64,000 bases of DNA from an uncultured delta proteobacterium (GCA_963745035.1 CAVUVW010000013.1:1120001-1184000); one strand, 5' to 3'; shown: positions 19,136 through 32,145, counted from the stretch's first letter. Translations and numbers: made by a program. Notes: generated by a model not told the origin, from the letters alone.

Positions 19136-19368
19136 GGCTCTACTTGTCGAAAAAGTTCATCATAAAGGCCGGAAAATTTGATTTCAACGGGCAACCAAGC
19201 TAGACAGGTAGGTCGCTTTCGGCCTCGGACCGCCGCGAATCGCCCATGGAAGAAGAACAAAGAGTCAACGAACAGCTCGCCAGTGCTGGCCGATCATCTA
19301 TTCGGACGGCGCAACGCGATCTTGGAAAATTGGCGCTGCGCGGTCGAAGGAGACCCGGCGCTCGCTTA

Positions 19369-19833
19369 TCAGCGAATCGCACCGCGTTCCTGCAGCGCTT
19401 CGCGCAAGTTTTCCACCCGCCGGCGATTGACACCGAAGTCACTATAACCGAGGCGCGCCGCCGAGCGCACCGCGATCGCATGTTTTTCCGGCCGCAAGTG
19501 CAGCTCGAGATCATCGACAAAGCCAAAAACCGCGCTGCTGCATTCGGCATGAAGATAGTCAGCGGTCTGCGTGATGATTTTGGTGCGCGGCAGAGCCGAC
19601 ACAGCTGACTGCGCCATCCGCCACGCATCGGCGACCGGCACCGCAAGCTGGAACGGCGCGACCGCATGGTCGCCGGCATCATCGCTCGACACGCAATTGG
19701 GCGACGACGGGCACGCGGCAAGCCGACCATTTTTTACGCCGAGTCCATCCGGGCGGACCCCGGCGCAAGAAAAAAGCGCCATGAGAACTGCGCTCGCGCT
19801 GATGATTCGGGATGAAACGATGAAACCGGGCAA
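19369..19833 (-). CDS. DUF1499 domain protein
   Basis: CPSSPNCVSS, FGFVDDLE and RSAARLGYSDFGVNRRRV motifs. Confidence 0.93.
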   Translation of the reverse strand: MPGFIVSSRIISASAVLMALFSCAGVRPDGLGVKNGRLAACPSSPNCVSSDDAGDHAVAPFQLAVPVADAWRMAQSAVSALPRTKIITQTADYLHAECSSAVFGFVDDLELHLRPEKHAIAVRSAARLGYSDFGVNRRRVENLREALQERGAIR

Positions 19834-20184
19834 CTATTCTTTCTTAGGCTCACCCTGCTGGTCGAAAAATTTGAGCGCCATGGTGCCGTGGGTGGCGGCC
19901 GCTCCGGCGCGTAGCGCGGCGGCAATCAGCGACGCTTCGACGACCTCTTCGCGCGAGGCGCCGGCGGCGTGGGCCGCTTTGGCGTGCGATTCCATGCAGT
20001 ACGGACATTGGGTGGTGGCGGAAACCGCAATGGCGATCAGCTCGCGGTACTTCTTTGGGATTGCGCCGTTCTCTCGGCCGACGGTCTTCTCCAGTGCCAG
20101 CCAGGCGTTGAAATCATCGGGCGCCAGCTTGCGCATGTCGCGCATCAACTTGATATCGTTCTCGTCATGAAAATGTTCCGACAT
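19834..20184 (-). CDS. Carboxymuconolactone decarboxylase/AhpD family protein
   Basis: ELIAIAVS..TQCPYC..H motif; GGAGG RBS. Confidence 0.93.
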   Translation of the reverse strand: MSEHFHDENDIKLMRDMRKLAPDDFNAWLALEKTVGRENGAIPKKYRELIAIAVSATTQCPYCMESHAKAAHAAGASREEVVEASLIAAALRAGAAATHGTMALKFFDQQGEPKKE

Positions 20185-20283
20185 ATCGACAAAACCTCCT
20201 GCGGTGGCCGCATTATTCCTGCATTTAAAATAGGAATGCAATCAAATTGACAGCGCGACCGGCGCTACGCTACTGCTAGGTTC

Positions 20284-21396
20284 ATGCACGCTTCGGTGTC
20301 TTCTCATCTGGCCGCCCAGTGCGGCATCTGCGGCACGATTCTCTCCGGCGCGGCCAGTGTCGTCTATCGCACTTTCGGCATTCGTCGCAGCCCGCGCAAC
20401 CCGAATATCTGCACGCGCTGCAGCACCCACGTCGAAGAGGGCCGCGTGGTCGAAATCACCGTGCTCTTCGCCGACCTGTCGTCTTTCACCGAGCTGACCC
20501 AAGAGCTTGGCGCCGAGAAAACCCACGAAGTGGTCGATGCGTACTTGCGCATGGCCACCGACGTGCTGGTGAAGCATGGCGCCTTCATCGACAAGTACGT
20601 CGGCGACGCGGTAATGGCTCTCTTCAACGTGGCGCTCCGCCACGAGGATCACGCCCGGCGCGCCATCGCGGCGGCGATGGAGTTGGAAAGCGAAATCAAA
20701 AATCTAGGAAACCATTTTGGATTGCCTCTGCAGATTTCGGTGGGGATCGCCACAGGCCATGCGCGGGTGGGTCGGTTGGGGTCCGACGATAGCAAAGATT
20801 TCACCGCGATCGGCGATGTGGTGAATCTCGCGGCTCGCCTGCAAGGGAAGGCCGGCACGGGTGAAATTTTGGTGAGTCGGGAAAGCTATGCGAAGCACGC
20901 CGCCGATTTCCCCGACGCGCGATCGGAATCGGTCATCCTCAAGGGCTTCCGCGAACCGGTGACCGCCTATCGATTGCAAGGCGCGGGAACCCATCGTTTG
21001 GTGAACGACGTTGCCGACGGAAGCGGCCGGCAGAGCACGAGCTTGGGAGCGATCGTCTTCGGGATACTCGGCGCGCCGTGTGCGGTGGCGACGCTCATCG
21101 GCCCGCTGGCGGTGGCTTTAGGTGCAGGAAGTCTCTTCGGTCTCGCCGGCGCGTTGACGTTTCTCGATCAGAGCGCGCTGCGCATTCCGATTCTAGTGCT
21201 CGCCGCGCTTGCGGCGCTGGCAAATCTTTACACGCTTTGGCGCGCCCGGAAGCTCCGAGCGGAATCGAAGATCCCCGAACATCTCAAGACCATGACGAGC
21301 CTGGAGAAGCGCCAGACCATATTCGTGCTCAGCGCAGCGATCGCCACCCTGGGCATCGTAGTTTTCGAAGTCGTCGCCCACGCGCTCATGCATTAA
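20284..21396 (+). CDS. Class III adenylate/guanylate cyclase with N-terminal CxxC pairs and C-terminal membrane domain
   Basis: VLFADL, DKYVGDAVMA and GDVVNLAARLQ motifs; CGIC and CTRC; hydrophobic C-terminus. Confidence 0.92.
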   Translation: MHASVSSHLAAQCGICGTILSGAASVVYRTFGIRRSPRNPNICTRCSTHVEEGRVVEITVLFADLSSFTELTQELGAEKTHEVVDAYLRMATDVLVKHGAFIDKYVGDAVMALFNVALRHEDHARRAIAAAMELESEIKNLGNHFGLPLQISVGIATGHARVGRLGSDDSKDFTAIGDVVNLAARLQGKAGTGEILVSRESYAKHAADFPDARSESVILKGFREPVTAYRLQGAGTHRLVNDVADGSGRQSTSLGAIVFGILGAPCAVATLIGPLAVALGAGSLFGLAGALTFLDQSALRIPILVLAALAALANLYTLWRARKLRAESKIPEHLKTMTSLEKRQTIFVLSAAIATLGIVVFEVVAHALMH

Positions 21397-21453
21397 CCGG
21401 TCGGGGATTCAACGCCCACTTCTTTCAATGCGAGCACGTTTCGGCGCGGCCGA

Positions 21454-21858
21454 TCAATCCGTGCACGGCAGCTCGGATTCGTCGATCTCCACCCAGCTCA
21501 CCCGGCTGCTCCAGTGGCCGTGCGCCGACGGTTTACCCGGCGGTAGATCGTCGAGAGTTCCCGCCGGCACGATCGCCCGCGTGCCGTCGCGCGAGGCGTG
21601 CGGCACCGGGCAGTTGCAAGTGCCGCAGATCTGCCGCGCGAAGCTTTTTGCCTCCGGTAAATCGTAGCGCTTGATCAGTTCTTCGCCCCGGGTCCAGCGA
21701 AACTGTCCGATCGGCACCGCGATATTGGTCGAGCGCACGCCGCCGGTCGCCTTGCGGCAACGGGAACAATAGCAATGACCGAAGCGCATGAACGGCGTGC
21801 TCACTTCGTAGCCTACCGACTTGCAGAGGCAGCTTCCATGCAGAGTCTGTTCGGACAT
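21454..21858 (-). CDS. GFA family protein
   Basis: GSCLC, CYCSRCRK and CGTC motifs. Confidence 0.93.
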   Translation of the reverse strand: MSEQTLHGSCLCKSVGYEVSTPFMRFGHCYCSRCRKATGGVRSTNIAVPIGQFRWTRGEELIKRYDLPEAKSFARQICGTCNCPVPHASRDGTRAIVPAGTLDDLPPGKPSAHGHWSSRVSWVEIDESELPCTD

Positions 21859-22110
21859 GAGTTCCTCCGTAGATCGCTGTAGTTTCGCCGCGCTGGCGCG
21901 ATCACGACGCGAGTCTATTTTGAAACCACAGCTATGGCAAGAAGAACCGGGCGCCGGCTTTCCTGCGCCGCCGCAATTTCAGGGAGGAAGGCCGCCGGCT
22001 TGCCTCAATCCGTGCGGGTCGGCGGACATTCGCCGAAGACTTCCGCCACCGTTGACAAAACTCGGGCGGCTCTTCTAGAGTCGCGTAATCAAAATTCGGA
22101 GGAACTTCCC

Positions 22111-22839
22111 ATGGCGGATGCGGTGCTCCTGCAAAAAGACGGCGAGATCACGACCATCACATTGAACCGGCCCGAAGCCGGGAACCGGCAGACCGACGCC
22201 ACTTGGGCGCAGGTGACGGAGATGCTCAACCAGGCGGGAAAATCGTCGCGGGCAATTCTTTTCAAAGGCGCGGGAGAAGATTTCTGCCTCGGCCGGGAGG
22301 CGATGGGCCAGCAGCCGACGACGCCGCTCGAGGCCTACAGCGTGCGCGATCGCAGCGAAACGATTTTCAATCTCTACGGGGCGTTTCGTAATTCGGCCGC
22401 GCCGATCATCGGCGTCGTGCAGGGACGCGCCGTGGGACTCGGCTGCGCCCTCGCTGCGCTGTGCGACATCACCATCGCAGCCGACAAGGCACGCTTTCAG
22501 TTTCCCGAGACCGCGCACCGCATCATGCCGACCATCGCCTTTTCTGCGCTGGTCGATCGCGTGCCGCGCAAGGCGGCCACTTTCCTAATTTACTCGGCCC
22601 AGGAAATCGACGCGCAGAAGGCATTGACTTTCGGACTGGCGAGCGACGTCGTGCCCGCGCACGAGCTCGACGCCGCGGTCGACAAATTGGTCGAGCATTT
22701 CAATAAAATGCCGCTCGCCGCCGTGCTCGCGGTCAAAGAATATTCGCGCGCCGCCTTCGGCATCGGTACGCAGGCGGCCACCGATTTCGCGCGCAACCTG
22801 CACGCCACCGTGAACAGCTTCTCGGGCATGCGCTCCTGA
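22111..22839 (+). CDS. Enoyl-CoA hydratase/isomerase family protein
   Basis: ITLNRPE, FCLG, GLGCALAALCD and FPE motifs; GGAGG RBS. Confidence 0.92.
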   Translation: MADAVLLQKDGEITTITLNRPEAGNRQTDATWAQVTEMLNQAGKSSRAILFKGAGEDFCLGREAMGQQPTTPLEAYSVRDRSETIFNLYGAFRNSAAPIIGVVQGRAVGLGCALAALCDITIAADKARFQFPETAHRIMPTIAFSALVDRVPRKAATFLIYSAQEIDAQKALTFGLASDVVPAHELDAAVDKLVEHFNKMPLAAVLAVKEYSRAAFGIGTQAATDFARNLHATVNSFSGMRS

Positions 22840-22890
22840 TGGGATGAAACCAAACGGCGCGGCGAGCGCATCCGCCGTTCGTGGGGAAAG

Positions 22891-23208
22891 CTACCGGCGC
22901 GCCGGGGCGGCTTTTTTGCGATAGAGGCGGCGCAGCTCGCTCTTCGCCGCTTCGAGGCGGTCGCGGCGGCGCCGCGGCAGTTTGCGGCCGGCCCGGTTGA
23001 TGTAGAAATTCAGCATCGACATCGCCGAGCGAAACGGATCGGCCTTGCGCCGGCGGCTGCGCTCCGCCGAGCGCTTGAGCGACAAGGCGATCCGGCGCGG
23101 GCTGTCGAGCGAAAACACTCCCTTGTCGAGATCCAAAGCGTCGCTCGTCTCGGTCACCCGGCGCGACCAGCGCTTGGGCTTTCTTGAGGTCCTTTTTGCT
23201 TTCGCCAT
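22891..23208 (-). CDS. DUF3175 domain protein
   Basis: WSRRVTETSDALDL and FRSAMSMLNFYINRAG motifs. Confidence 0.9.
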   Translation of the reverse strand: MAKAKRTSRKPKRWSRRVTETSDALDLDKGVFSLDSPRRIALSLKRSAERSRRRKADPFRSAMSMLNFYINRAGRKLPRRRRDRLEAAKSELRRLYRKKAAPARR

Positions 23209-23248
23209 TGCAGACTCATTGCGATTTCTTGCGCAATCGTTGCGCGAT

Positions 23249-23863
23249 TCACGGATTGCCCAATAACTGCGCATCGCGCCCAATCGCGGCTTGTGGCGGA
23301 GCGCGATGCGCAGCCGATAAATCTCTTTTAAGAATCTCAAGCTCACGCAACCAGTCGGGCTGCCCGTTCAAGCCGGACTCCGCCACCTCGAGAAAGCGCA
23401 GCGAGCGTTGATAGTCGGCAAGCTCGTAGTGGGCGCGCGCGAGATAAAAATGCATGAACGGGCCGGCGTCGACCCCCAGCGCTTTTTCCAGGTAGTAAAC
23501 GGCCCGTTGATGCTCTCCGCTTTGCAGCGAGGTGCGGCCGGTCTCCGCCAGGCGCAAGGCCGCCGCTCGGCGCGGCGGCGTGGCTCGGTTGATCGCCGTC
23601 AAAAGCGAACGGTGGGGCTTGGTGTCGTTCCAGCGCTCCTCGGTGCTGCGCGCCATCGCGTCGCCGCCGGGCGACGTTTTATCCACTGCGCCTCTGCCAG
23701 GCACCCACGTCCGGCCGAACCGGCGATCCAGAAAATCATTGTCCCAGACGACGACTTTGCCGTTTTGATCGCGGCCGACCTTAAACGCACCGACCGGCGT
23801 CGCGGGCATGACCAAGCATGCGACGAATGCGATCGAATAAATGAGTTGTCCGGATCGTGACAT
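23249..23863 (-). CDS. Exported TPR-containing protein
   Basis: Signal peptide; AVYYLEKAL..FYLARAHY TPR-like helices. Confidence 0.75.
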   Translation of the reverse strand: MSRSGQLIYSIAFVACLVMPATPVGAFKVGRDQNGKVVVWDNDFLDRRFGRTWVPGRGAVDKTSPGGDAMARSTEERWNDTKPHRSLLTAINRATPPRRAAALRLAETGRTSLQSGEHQRAVYYLEKALGVDAGPFMHFYLARAHYELADYQRSLRFLEVAESGLNGQPDWLRELEILKRDLSAAHRAPPQAAIGRDAQLLGNP

Positions 23864-23978
23864 GGTTGCCGGCCAATGCGCGCGACTAACTGTTGCGCGC
23901 GCTTGAGATTTCCCACGGCGAGTTATTTGCGCAAAACAGATGCCAGCACACGGCGTCGTTGATAGAGATTTCTCGAAC

Positions 23979-24275
23979 TCAGGAGTCGGGCGGGCGCCAA
24001 TTTCGTCGTGATGCAGCCGGAGTAATCAAGACTCTCGAATCCGCCTCGAGATCATTTTTCTTAGCGCCGCGAATATTTAGCGCCGCGAGACATACCTGAA
24101 GAATGATCAAAGCGTAGGCTCGGGCATACCATCCCCAGACGACCCAGAGGAGATTACTGACAAGAAAAACCCAAAAACCTAGATTGCGCTTGCGCGGCGA
24201 GCGAGAACCGACCAGCCAGGCGGCTGCGACGGTCAGGAGCATCGCGGGCCACTGAGTCAAATTGAGATAATCCAT
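23979..24275 (-). CDS. Small membrane protein
   Basis: QWPAM...GFWVFLVSNLLWVVWG; three hydrophobic segments. Confidence 0.8.
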   Translation of the reverse strand: MDYLNLTQWPAMLLTVAAAWLVGSRSPRKRNLGFWVFLVSNLLWVVWGWYARAYALIILQVCLAALNIRGAKKNDLEADSRVLITPAASRRNWRPPDS

Positions 24276-24385
24276 ACCATGGTCCGACGAACTGTCTTGA
24301 CTATGTGACAAGGCGTCTCAGAAACGCGACGGCTTCTCATCACAATCGCTTGGTTTGCATCGCCGATCGAAGCGACCTGCAATGT

Positions 24386-25120
24386 CTACGGCAGCGGATG
24401 GCGCGCCGCCGCCGCCGCGAGCTCCTTCTCGTTGGTCAAATCCAGGCGCAACGGCGTCATGGAAACATAACCCTGCTCTACCGCCCAGCGATCGGTGCCC
24501 TCTTCCGTGCCTTCGATGGGAAAAACGGCGAACCAGAAATGCTTGCGTCCCATCGGGTCCTCGCCCGGCACGACCTTGCCGTCGTAATGGCGCACCGACT
24601 GCCGCGCCCAGCGCAGGCCCTTCGGCTTGCAGCTTGGAAAATTGACGTTGACGAGCGTTAGCTTTTCATCTTTGAGCAGGATTTCCAGAACCTGGGACAC
24701 AGAAGGCTTCAAAGTCTCGAAATCCGGCTCGCCGGCGGACGACGGCACGCTCAGCGCAACGCCGCGCAGACCGAGCAAGGTTGCCTGCTTCGCCGCCGCG
24801 ACGGTGCCCGAATGCCACATCGAGTTTCCCAGGTTCGAGCCGAGATTGATGCCGGAGAGAACGATGTCCACCTTCTCCCAGTTGTGCGCGCCCAGCGCGA
24901 CGCAATCCGCCGGCGTGCCGTTCACCCGGTAGGCGTCGAAGCCGGCCACCACGGTGCGCTTGTAGGAGAGCGGGCGCAGAGCGGTGATCGAATGCCCCGC
25001 CGAGGAGCGCTCCACGTCAGGCGCGACGATCTGCACGTCGCCGAAGCTTGCCGCCACTTCGGCAAGCGAGAGAATGCCCGGACTGTAAATGCCGTCATCG
25101 TTGGTAATTAAAATGCGCAT
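24386..25120 (-). CDS. surE: 5'/3'-nucleotidase SurE
   Basis: [22 protein letters not shown] and SGT motifs. Confidence 0.96.
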   Translation of the reverse strand: MRILITNDDGIYSPGILSLAEVAASFGDVQIVAPDVERSSAGHSITALRPLSYKRTVVAGFDAYRVNGTPADCVALGAHNWEKVDIVLSGINLGSNLGNSMWHSGTVAAAKQATLLGLRGVALSVPSSAGEPDFETLKPSVSQVLEILLKDEKLTLVNVNFPSCKPKGLRWARQSVRHYDGKVVPGEDPMGRKHFWFAVFPIEGTEEGTDRWAVEQGYVSMTPLRLDLTNEKELAAAAARHPLP

Positions 25121-25208
25121 CGCTCAAAACCTCCTTGAATCGAGGTGTCACCGCTGCCACTATCTAGTATTTCATATTCGAACGGCTGCTTCAGCGGCAG
25201 GGACAAAA

Positions 25209-26126
25209 ATGAAAGTCACCCTCATCCACAACCCCGCGGCGGGAAGCGAAGAGCAAGCGTCCGGCGAGGATCTGGCGCGGCTGGTTCGCGCCGCCGGACA
25301 TTCGGTGCGCTATCAATCCTCCAAACGCGCCGGTTGGCAAGAAGCGCTCGCCGAGCCCGCCGATCTCGTAGCGGTGGCGGGAGGCGACGGTATTGTCGGC
25401 AACGTGCTCAAAAAGCTGGTCGGTCGCGGGCTTGCCGCAACCATTCTGCCCATGGGCACCGCCAACAACATCGCCGGCGCGCTGGACTTAAGCGGCCGCG
25501 AGCTGAAGGGTTTGATCGCCGGCTGGACGAGCGCGCGCCGGATGAAATTCGACGTCAGTACCGCCAAGGGTCCCTGGGGCTCCAAGTATATCGTCGAAGG
25601 AATCGGCATCGGCGCCTTTGCCGACACCATGTCGAAACTCGACGCGCGAAAAAACATCGATCTGGCGCATCACGACGTGCCCGACAAAAAACTCGAATCG
25701 GTGTTGCACATCATGAGTATTCGCCTGGAAGGTGCTCGATCGCTGCCGCTAAAAATCACTCTCGATGGCGCCGATCTCACCGGCGAATACGTCCTTTTGG
25801 AGGCGATGAATATCCGCTCGATCGGGCCGAATCTGCAGTTGGCAGCGGACGCCGATCCCGGCGACGGGCTCATCGATCTTGTGCTGGTCGCGGATCACGA
25901 GCGGGAAAAGCTCAGTAGGTATCTAGCCGAGCGGATCGCCGGTAAGTCAGGCGTGCCGCAGCTCTCGGTCCGCCGCGGCCGGCATTTGCGTATCGAATCG
26001 GACGAGGTCCGCCTGCACATCGACGACGACATCTGGCCCGAGCACGGCGAGCACCCGCCCTACTCCCCGATGATCATCGACGTGGAGCTCCATTCGGAAA
26101 GTCTGGCGATCCTGGTCCCGTCCTGA
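25209..26126 (+). CDS. Diacylglycerol/lipid kinase family protein
   Basis: HNPAAG, AGGDG and PMGTANNIA motifs. Confidence 0.93.
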   Translation: MKVTLIHNPAAGSEEQASGEDLARLVRAAGHSVRYQSSKRAGWQEALAEPADLVAVAGGDGIVGNVLKKLVGRGLAATILPMGTANNIAGALDLSGRELKGLIAGWTSARRMKFDVSTAKGPWGSKYIVEGIGIGAFADTMSKLDARKNIDLAHHDVPDKKLESVLHIMSIRLEGARSLPLKITLDGADLTGEYVLLEAMNIRSIGPNLQLAADADPGDGLIDLVLVADHEREKLSRYLAERIAGKSGVPQLSVRRGRHLRIESDEVRLHIDDDIWPEHGEHPPYSPMIIDVELHSESLAILVPS

Positions 26127-26141
26127 GCAAAGCTCCCGGTT

Positions 26142-27119
26142 TTACTTCGAACTGAGATCGATGCCGAGCAGCCGCGCCGCGTTGCCCGACTCAATCGCCT
26201 CGCGATCGCCCACGCCGAGCTGCAGATCGTCCAAATCCTTCAATTGCAGATCGATGTCTTCGCGGAACGGTATGTCGGTGCCGAAAAGAATATGATCGAC
26301 GCCGAACATCGAGAGCGCCATGCGCAGCGCGGGGACGTTGCGGCACACCGTGTCATAGTAAAAGCGCTTGAAGTAGGCTTCCGGCGGCGCGCTTAGATTT
26401 TCGCTACACGGGGGAAAGCGCTCGTAGCCCCATTGGATCCGGCCCATGAGATACGGCGCCAGACCGCCCAGGTGCGGAAAAATCATTTGCAGGCGCGGAT
26501 GGCGCTCGAAGACGCCGGCAAACACCAGGCGGGTCGCCGCCAGGGTGGTTTCGAACATGAAACCGACCACGTTCGCCAGATTCATCTCCAGCATGCAGTC
26601 GAGCCCGGGCGGCGAGATCGGATGCAGCAAGAACGGCAGGCCGCGCCGCTCGAGCTCGGCGTAGACGGGCAGAAACGCGGCGTCGTTCAACGGCCGCCCG
26701 CCCGCCGTGCCCATGAGCGCGGCGCCGACGACGCTCGGCTCTTCCGCGAAGCGGTCGAGCACCTCGACCGCCGAGTCGGGAAACTGCAGCGGCAAGGTAA
26801 GCAGCACGCGAAATTTCTCCGGGTGCGCGCGCGCCGGCTCTACGATCATGTCGTTGGCCATCGCGGTCAAATCTGCCGCCGCCTGCTTGTCCCGCACCAG
26901 CGCGCCGTGAAACGGCACGGACAGCACCTGCATGCCGACGCCCCATTTGTCCATTTCCTCCAGCCGTCCATCGACCTCGGTCATGCGCGGGTCGGCGCTC
27001 ATCCACTTGATCAAACGCTGCGCGTCCTGCCCGGCCGGGGAGTTGTCGTTGCCGAAAACCCGCCGCAGCCCCTCGATGTAAGGTTTGGAAAAAATATGAG
27101 CGTGCACGTCGATCCGCAT
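26142..27119 (-). CDS. Amidohydrolase_2 family protein (ACMSD-like)
   Basis: IDVHAH, LHP, PHLGG and FGTDIPF motifs. Confidence 0.93.
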   Translation of the reverse strand: MRIDVHAHIFSKPYIEGLRRVFGNDNSPAGQDAQRLIKWMSADPRMTEVDGRLEEMDKWGVGMQVLSVPFHGALVRDKQAAADLTAMANDMIVEPARAHPEKFRVLLTLPLQFPDSAVEVLDRFAEEPSVVGAALMGTAGGRPLNDAAFLPVYAELERRGLPFLLHPISPPGLDCMLEMNLANVVGFMFETTLAATRLVFAGVFERHPRLQMIFPHLGGLAPYLMGRIQWGYERFPPCSENLSAPPEAYFKRFYYDTVCRNVPALRMALSMFGVDHILFGTDIPFREDIDLQLKDLDDLQLGVGDREAIESGNAARLLGIDLSSK

Positions 27120-27368
27120 AATTACCTCCGAAGTCCCGTGGTCGCGCATCATTGCGCCGTCAAGCCAACGATCCTCCAATTTGTGCCTCGAGATCAAGAT
27201 CCTGAAAGTTGGTCCTATTTGGTTCCATACCCAAACACCCGCCCATCTGCCATACGCATCCTTTACACTAGCGCGCGCATCTAATCAGCCAGATTCTTCC
27301 CTATTCAGCGGAAGACTGTCCGTGATATCGATTTTCAATCGACGAAATTATTTACGGAGGTTTCATCC

Positions 27369-27917
27369 ATGTCTAAGCGCAATATCGTTATCGGCGCGGG
27401 CGTTCTCGCCTTGGCTGTCGGCTGGTACGCGTTTCGGCCGGAGTTGCTGTTTATCAACAAGACGGTCAACGAGGAGTTTCCCGGCGGGGCGGCGATGGCC
27501 CCGATCGAAAAGGGGCCAATGGCAATCACGAAGGGTAATTTCAAATCGTTGGCGCATGAGACCAAAGGGACGGCGTCCATTTATCAGCTCGGCGACGGCA
27601 AGCGCGCTCTGCGCCTGACCGAGTTCGAGACTTCCAACGGGCCGGACGTTCACGTCTACTTGACCGCGGCCGAAGTGGAAAAAGGCAGCGATGCAATCAA
27701 GGAAGCCGGCTTCATCGACCTCGGTTCGATGAAAGGCAACAAAGGCGATCAGAACTACGACCTTCCGGCGGACGTGGACTTGAATAAGTATAAAAACGTC
27801 ACGATCTGGTGCGCACGGTTCGGCGTGAACTTCGGCGAGGCGGCTTTGGCTGCGCCGGTTTCGATGCCGGCCAAAGTCGCTGAAGGTAGCTTCCACGGCG
27901 TGGCCCATGAAACCAAG
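27369..27917 (+). pseudogene. DM13 domain protein, 5' part (domain 1 plus start of domain 2), broken by an inversion
   Basis: FRPELLF, AHETKG, TSNGPDVHVYL, LGSMKGNKGDQNY and IWCARFGVNF; the second repeat stops at GSFHGVAHETK. Confidence 0.88.
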
Positions 27918-27991
27918 CCGAAGGAGCGCACCAAGGACACGAAAAATGAAATAACTTGAGTCTTCCCGTTCTTCGCGTTCCTTCGTGGTGG
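27918..27991. repeat. REP-like palindrome (CACCAAGGACACGAA...TTCGCGTTCCTTCGTGGTG)
   Basis: Imperfect inverted repeat that, once re-inverted, follows the DM13 stop codon. Confidence 0.6.
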
Positions 27992-28006
27992 AGATTTCTT
28001 ATCTCC

Positions 28007-28307
28007 TCAGCTCCTCGCCGAGGAGAGCGGAGCGGTGGCGAAGTTGACGCCGAAGCGGCAGCACCAGATCGTTACGGCGCGATATTTCTTGAGATCAACG
28101 CCGGCGGGGCAGGTGGTAGTTCTGATCGCCCATGTTGCCTTTCAAGTCGGCGACGCTGATGAAGCCGGCCTTGGTCACCGTCTCGTTGTCTTTCGCATCG
28201 GCCGCGGCGATGAGGTAGACCTGCACGTCGGGACCGTTGGAGGTTTCGAAGCCGCTGAAGCGCAGCATCTGTTTGCCGTCGCCGAACCGGTAAATGGCCG
28301 CCACGCC
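28007..28307 (-). pseudogene. DM13 domain 2, inverted 3' part of the gene at 27369
   Basis: GVAAIYRFGDGK...TSNGPDVQVYL...KGNMGDQNY/VDLKKYRAVTIWCCRFGVNF; continues exactly from AHETK; one frameshift near 28107. Confidence 0.88.
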
Positions 28308-28332
28308 CTTTATGGAAACCACGCAGTTGAAG

Positions 28333-28451
28333 AAAGATCTCTCACTTCGTTCGAGATGACAGATGCGTTTATCTGATTGTCATTCCGAGCGGATGCGAGG
28401 AATCTTTCTCCTCTGTGGGTGTGCGTAAGCTCATGAATCACTTCGTGGTGA
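28333..28451. repeat. Composite GTCATT-type REP-like element, copy A
   Basis: ATGACAGATGCGT...TTGTCATTCCGAGCGGATGCGAGGAATCT...GCGTAAGCTCATGAATCAC shared with 43038-43146. Confidence 0.8.
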
Positions 28452-28501
28452 AGCTCTTATCACGATAATCAGGCGATCAGTCCCTACACCAACGGACGCA
28501 C

Positions 28502-28561
28502 ATGTCTGAACAAATCAAAATCCTCATCCTCGGCGGCGGCTTTGGCGGGCTCTACACCGCT
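28502..28561 (+). pseudogene. 20-codon stub of an NDH-2-like FAD oxidoreductase
   Basis: MSEQIKILILGGGFGGLYTA, then similarity ends just before a REP-like palindrome. Confidence 0.65.
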
Positions 28562-28570
28562 CCACCGCCA

Positions 28571-28658
28571 TGTCATTCTGAGGAGCCTCGCGACAAAGAA
28601 TCTGCTTTAGCTTCCCTGCTGGAAAAAGTAGATCTTTCGCCGTTGGCTCAAGATGACA
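28571..28658. repeat. GTCATT-type REP-like palindrome
   Basis: TGTCATTCTGAG...GAATCT / AGATCT...CTCAAGATGACA. Confidence 0.7.
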
Positions 28659-28716
28659 CGCGACAAACATCCGCACCGATTCGAATCGAATCGGCATCTA
28701 ATCTTGGAGCACGGTC

Positions 28717-29362
28717 ATGAAAATCATATCCGTCAACGCCGGCCTGCCGCGGGAGATCTTTCACGAAGGCAGAATGATCCGCACCGGGATTTTCAAAGCG
28801 CCGATCGGCGACCGGGTCCGGGTGAACGCGCTCAACATCGAAGGCGATCAGCAAGCCGACTTGACCGTCCACGGCGGCGTCAGCAAGGCGATTTACGTCT
28901 ACCCGCGGAGCACTATGAATTCTGGCGCAAGGAGCTGCCCGGCATGGAACTTCCCTGGGGAAGCTTCGGCGAAAACCTCACTATAGAGGGAATCGTCGAA
29001 AAAGAAATCCACATCGGCGATCGCCTCTGCGCCGGCTCCGTCGAGCTGATCGTTACCGAGCCGCGCCTGCCGTGCTACAAGCTCAACGCGAAGTTTGCCG
29101 CGACGACATGGTGAAGCGCTTTCTACACAGCCGCCGTACCGGCTTCTATCTGTCCGTGGCGCGCGAAGGCGAGATCGGCGCCGGCGACGCGATCCATTTT
29201 TTGAGCCGCGACGAAAGCCGCGTGAGCGTCGCTGAGATCACCCGCTTGTACGCTTTTGATAGGAACGACTTGGTCGGCATGCGGCGCGCCGCGGCGGTTA
29301 CGGCGTTGCCGGAGAGCTGGCGAGCTTATTTTACCGAGCGCGCCGCCAACAGGAGCGAATGA
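28717..29362 (+). CDS. MOSC domain protein (YiiM-like); two frameshifts
   Basis: GDQQADLTVHGG, FGENLT, PRLPCYKL and RTGFY motifs across three frames. Confidence 0.9.
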
Positions 29363-29386
29363 GTCCAAGCTCCAGGATGTGCTACA

Positions 29387-32066
<2,680 letters not shown>

Positions 32067-32069
32067 ATT

Positions 32070-32108
32070 AGTCACCAGTAGCCAGATGTCAGTTGTCGGT
32101 TGTTGCCA
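32070..32108 (+). repeat. Degenerate heptamer array upstream of the four-helix-bundle gene
   Basis: AGTCACC AGTAGCC AGATGTC AGTTGTC; inverse of 32503-32533. Confidence 0.65.
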
Positions 32109-32145
32109 CAAGGTCCTGGCGGAGAGTTAGGTAGGCGCTCGCACT

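Noticed and set aside
19246-19370. Possible sensor-kinase N-terminal remnant (LADHLFGRRNAILENWR)
   Set aside because: Too short and frameshifted to support without a database search
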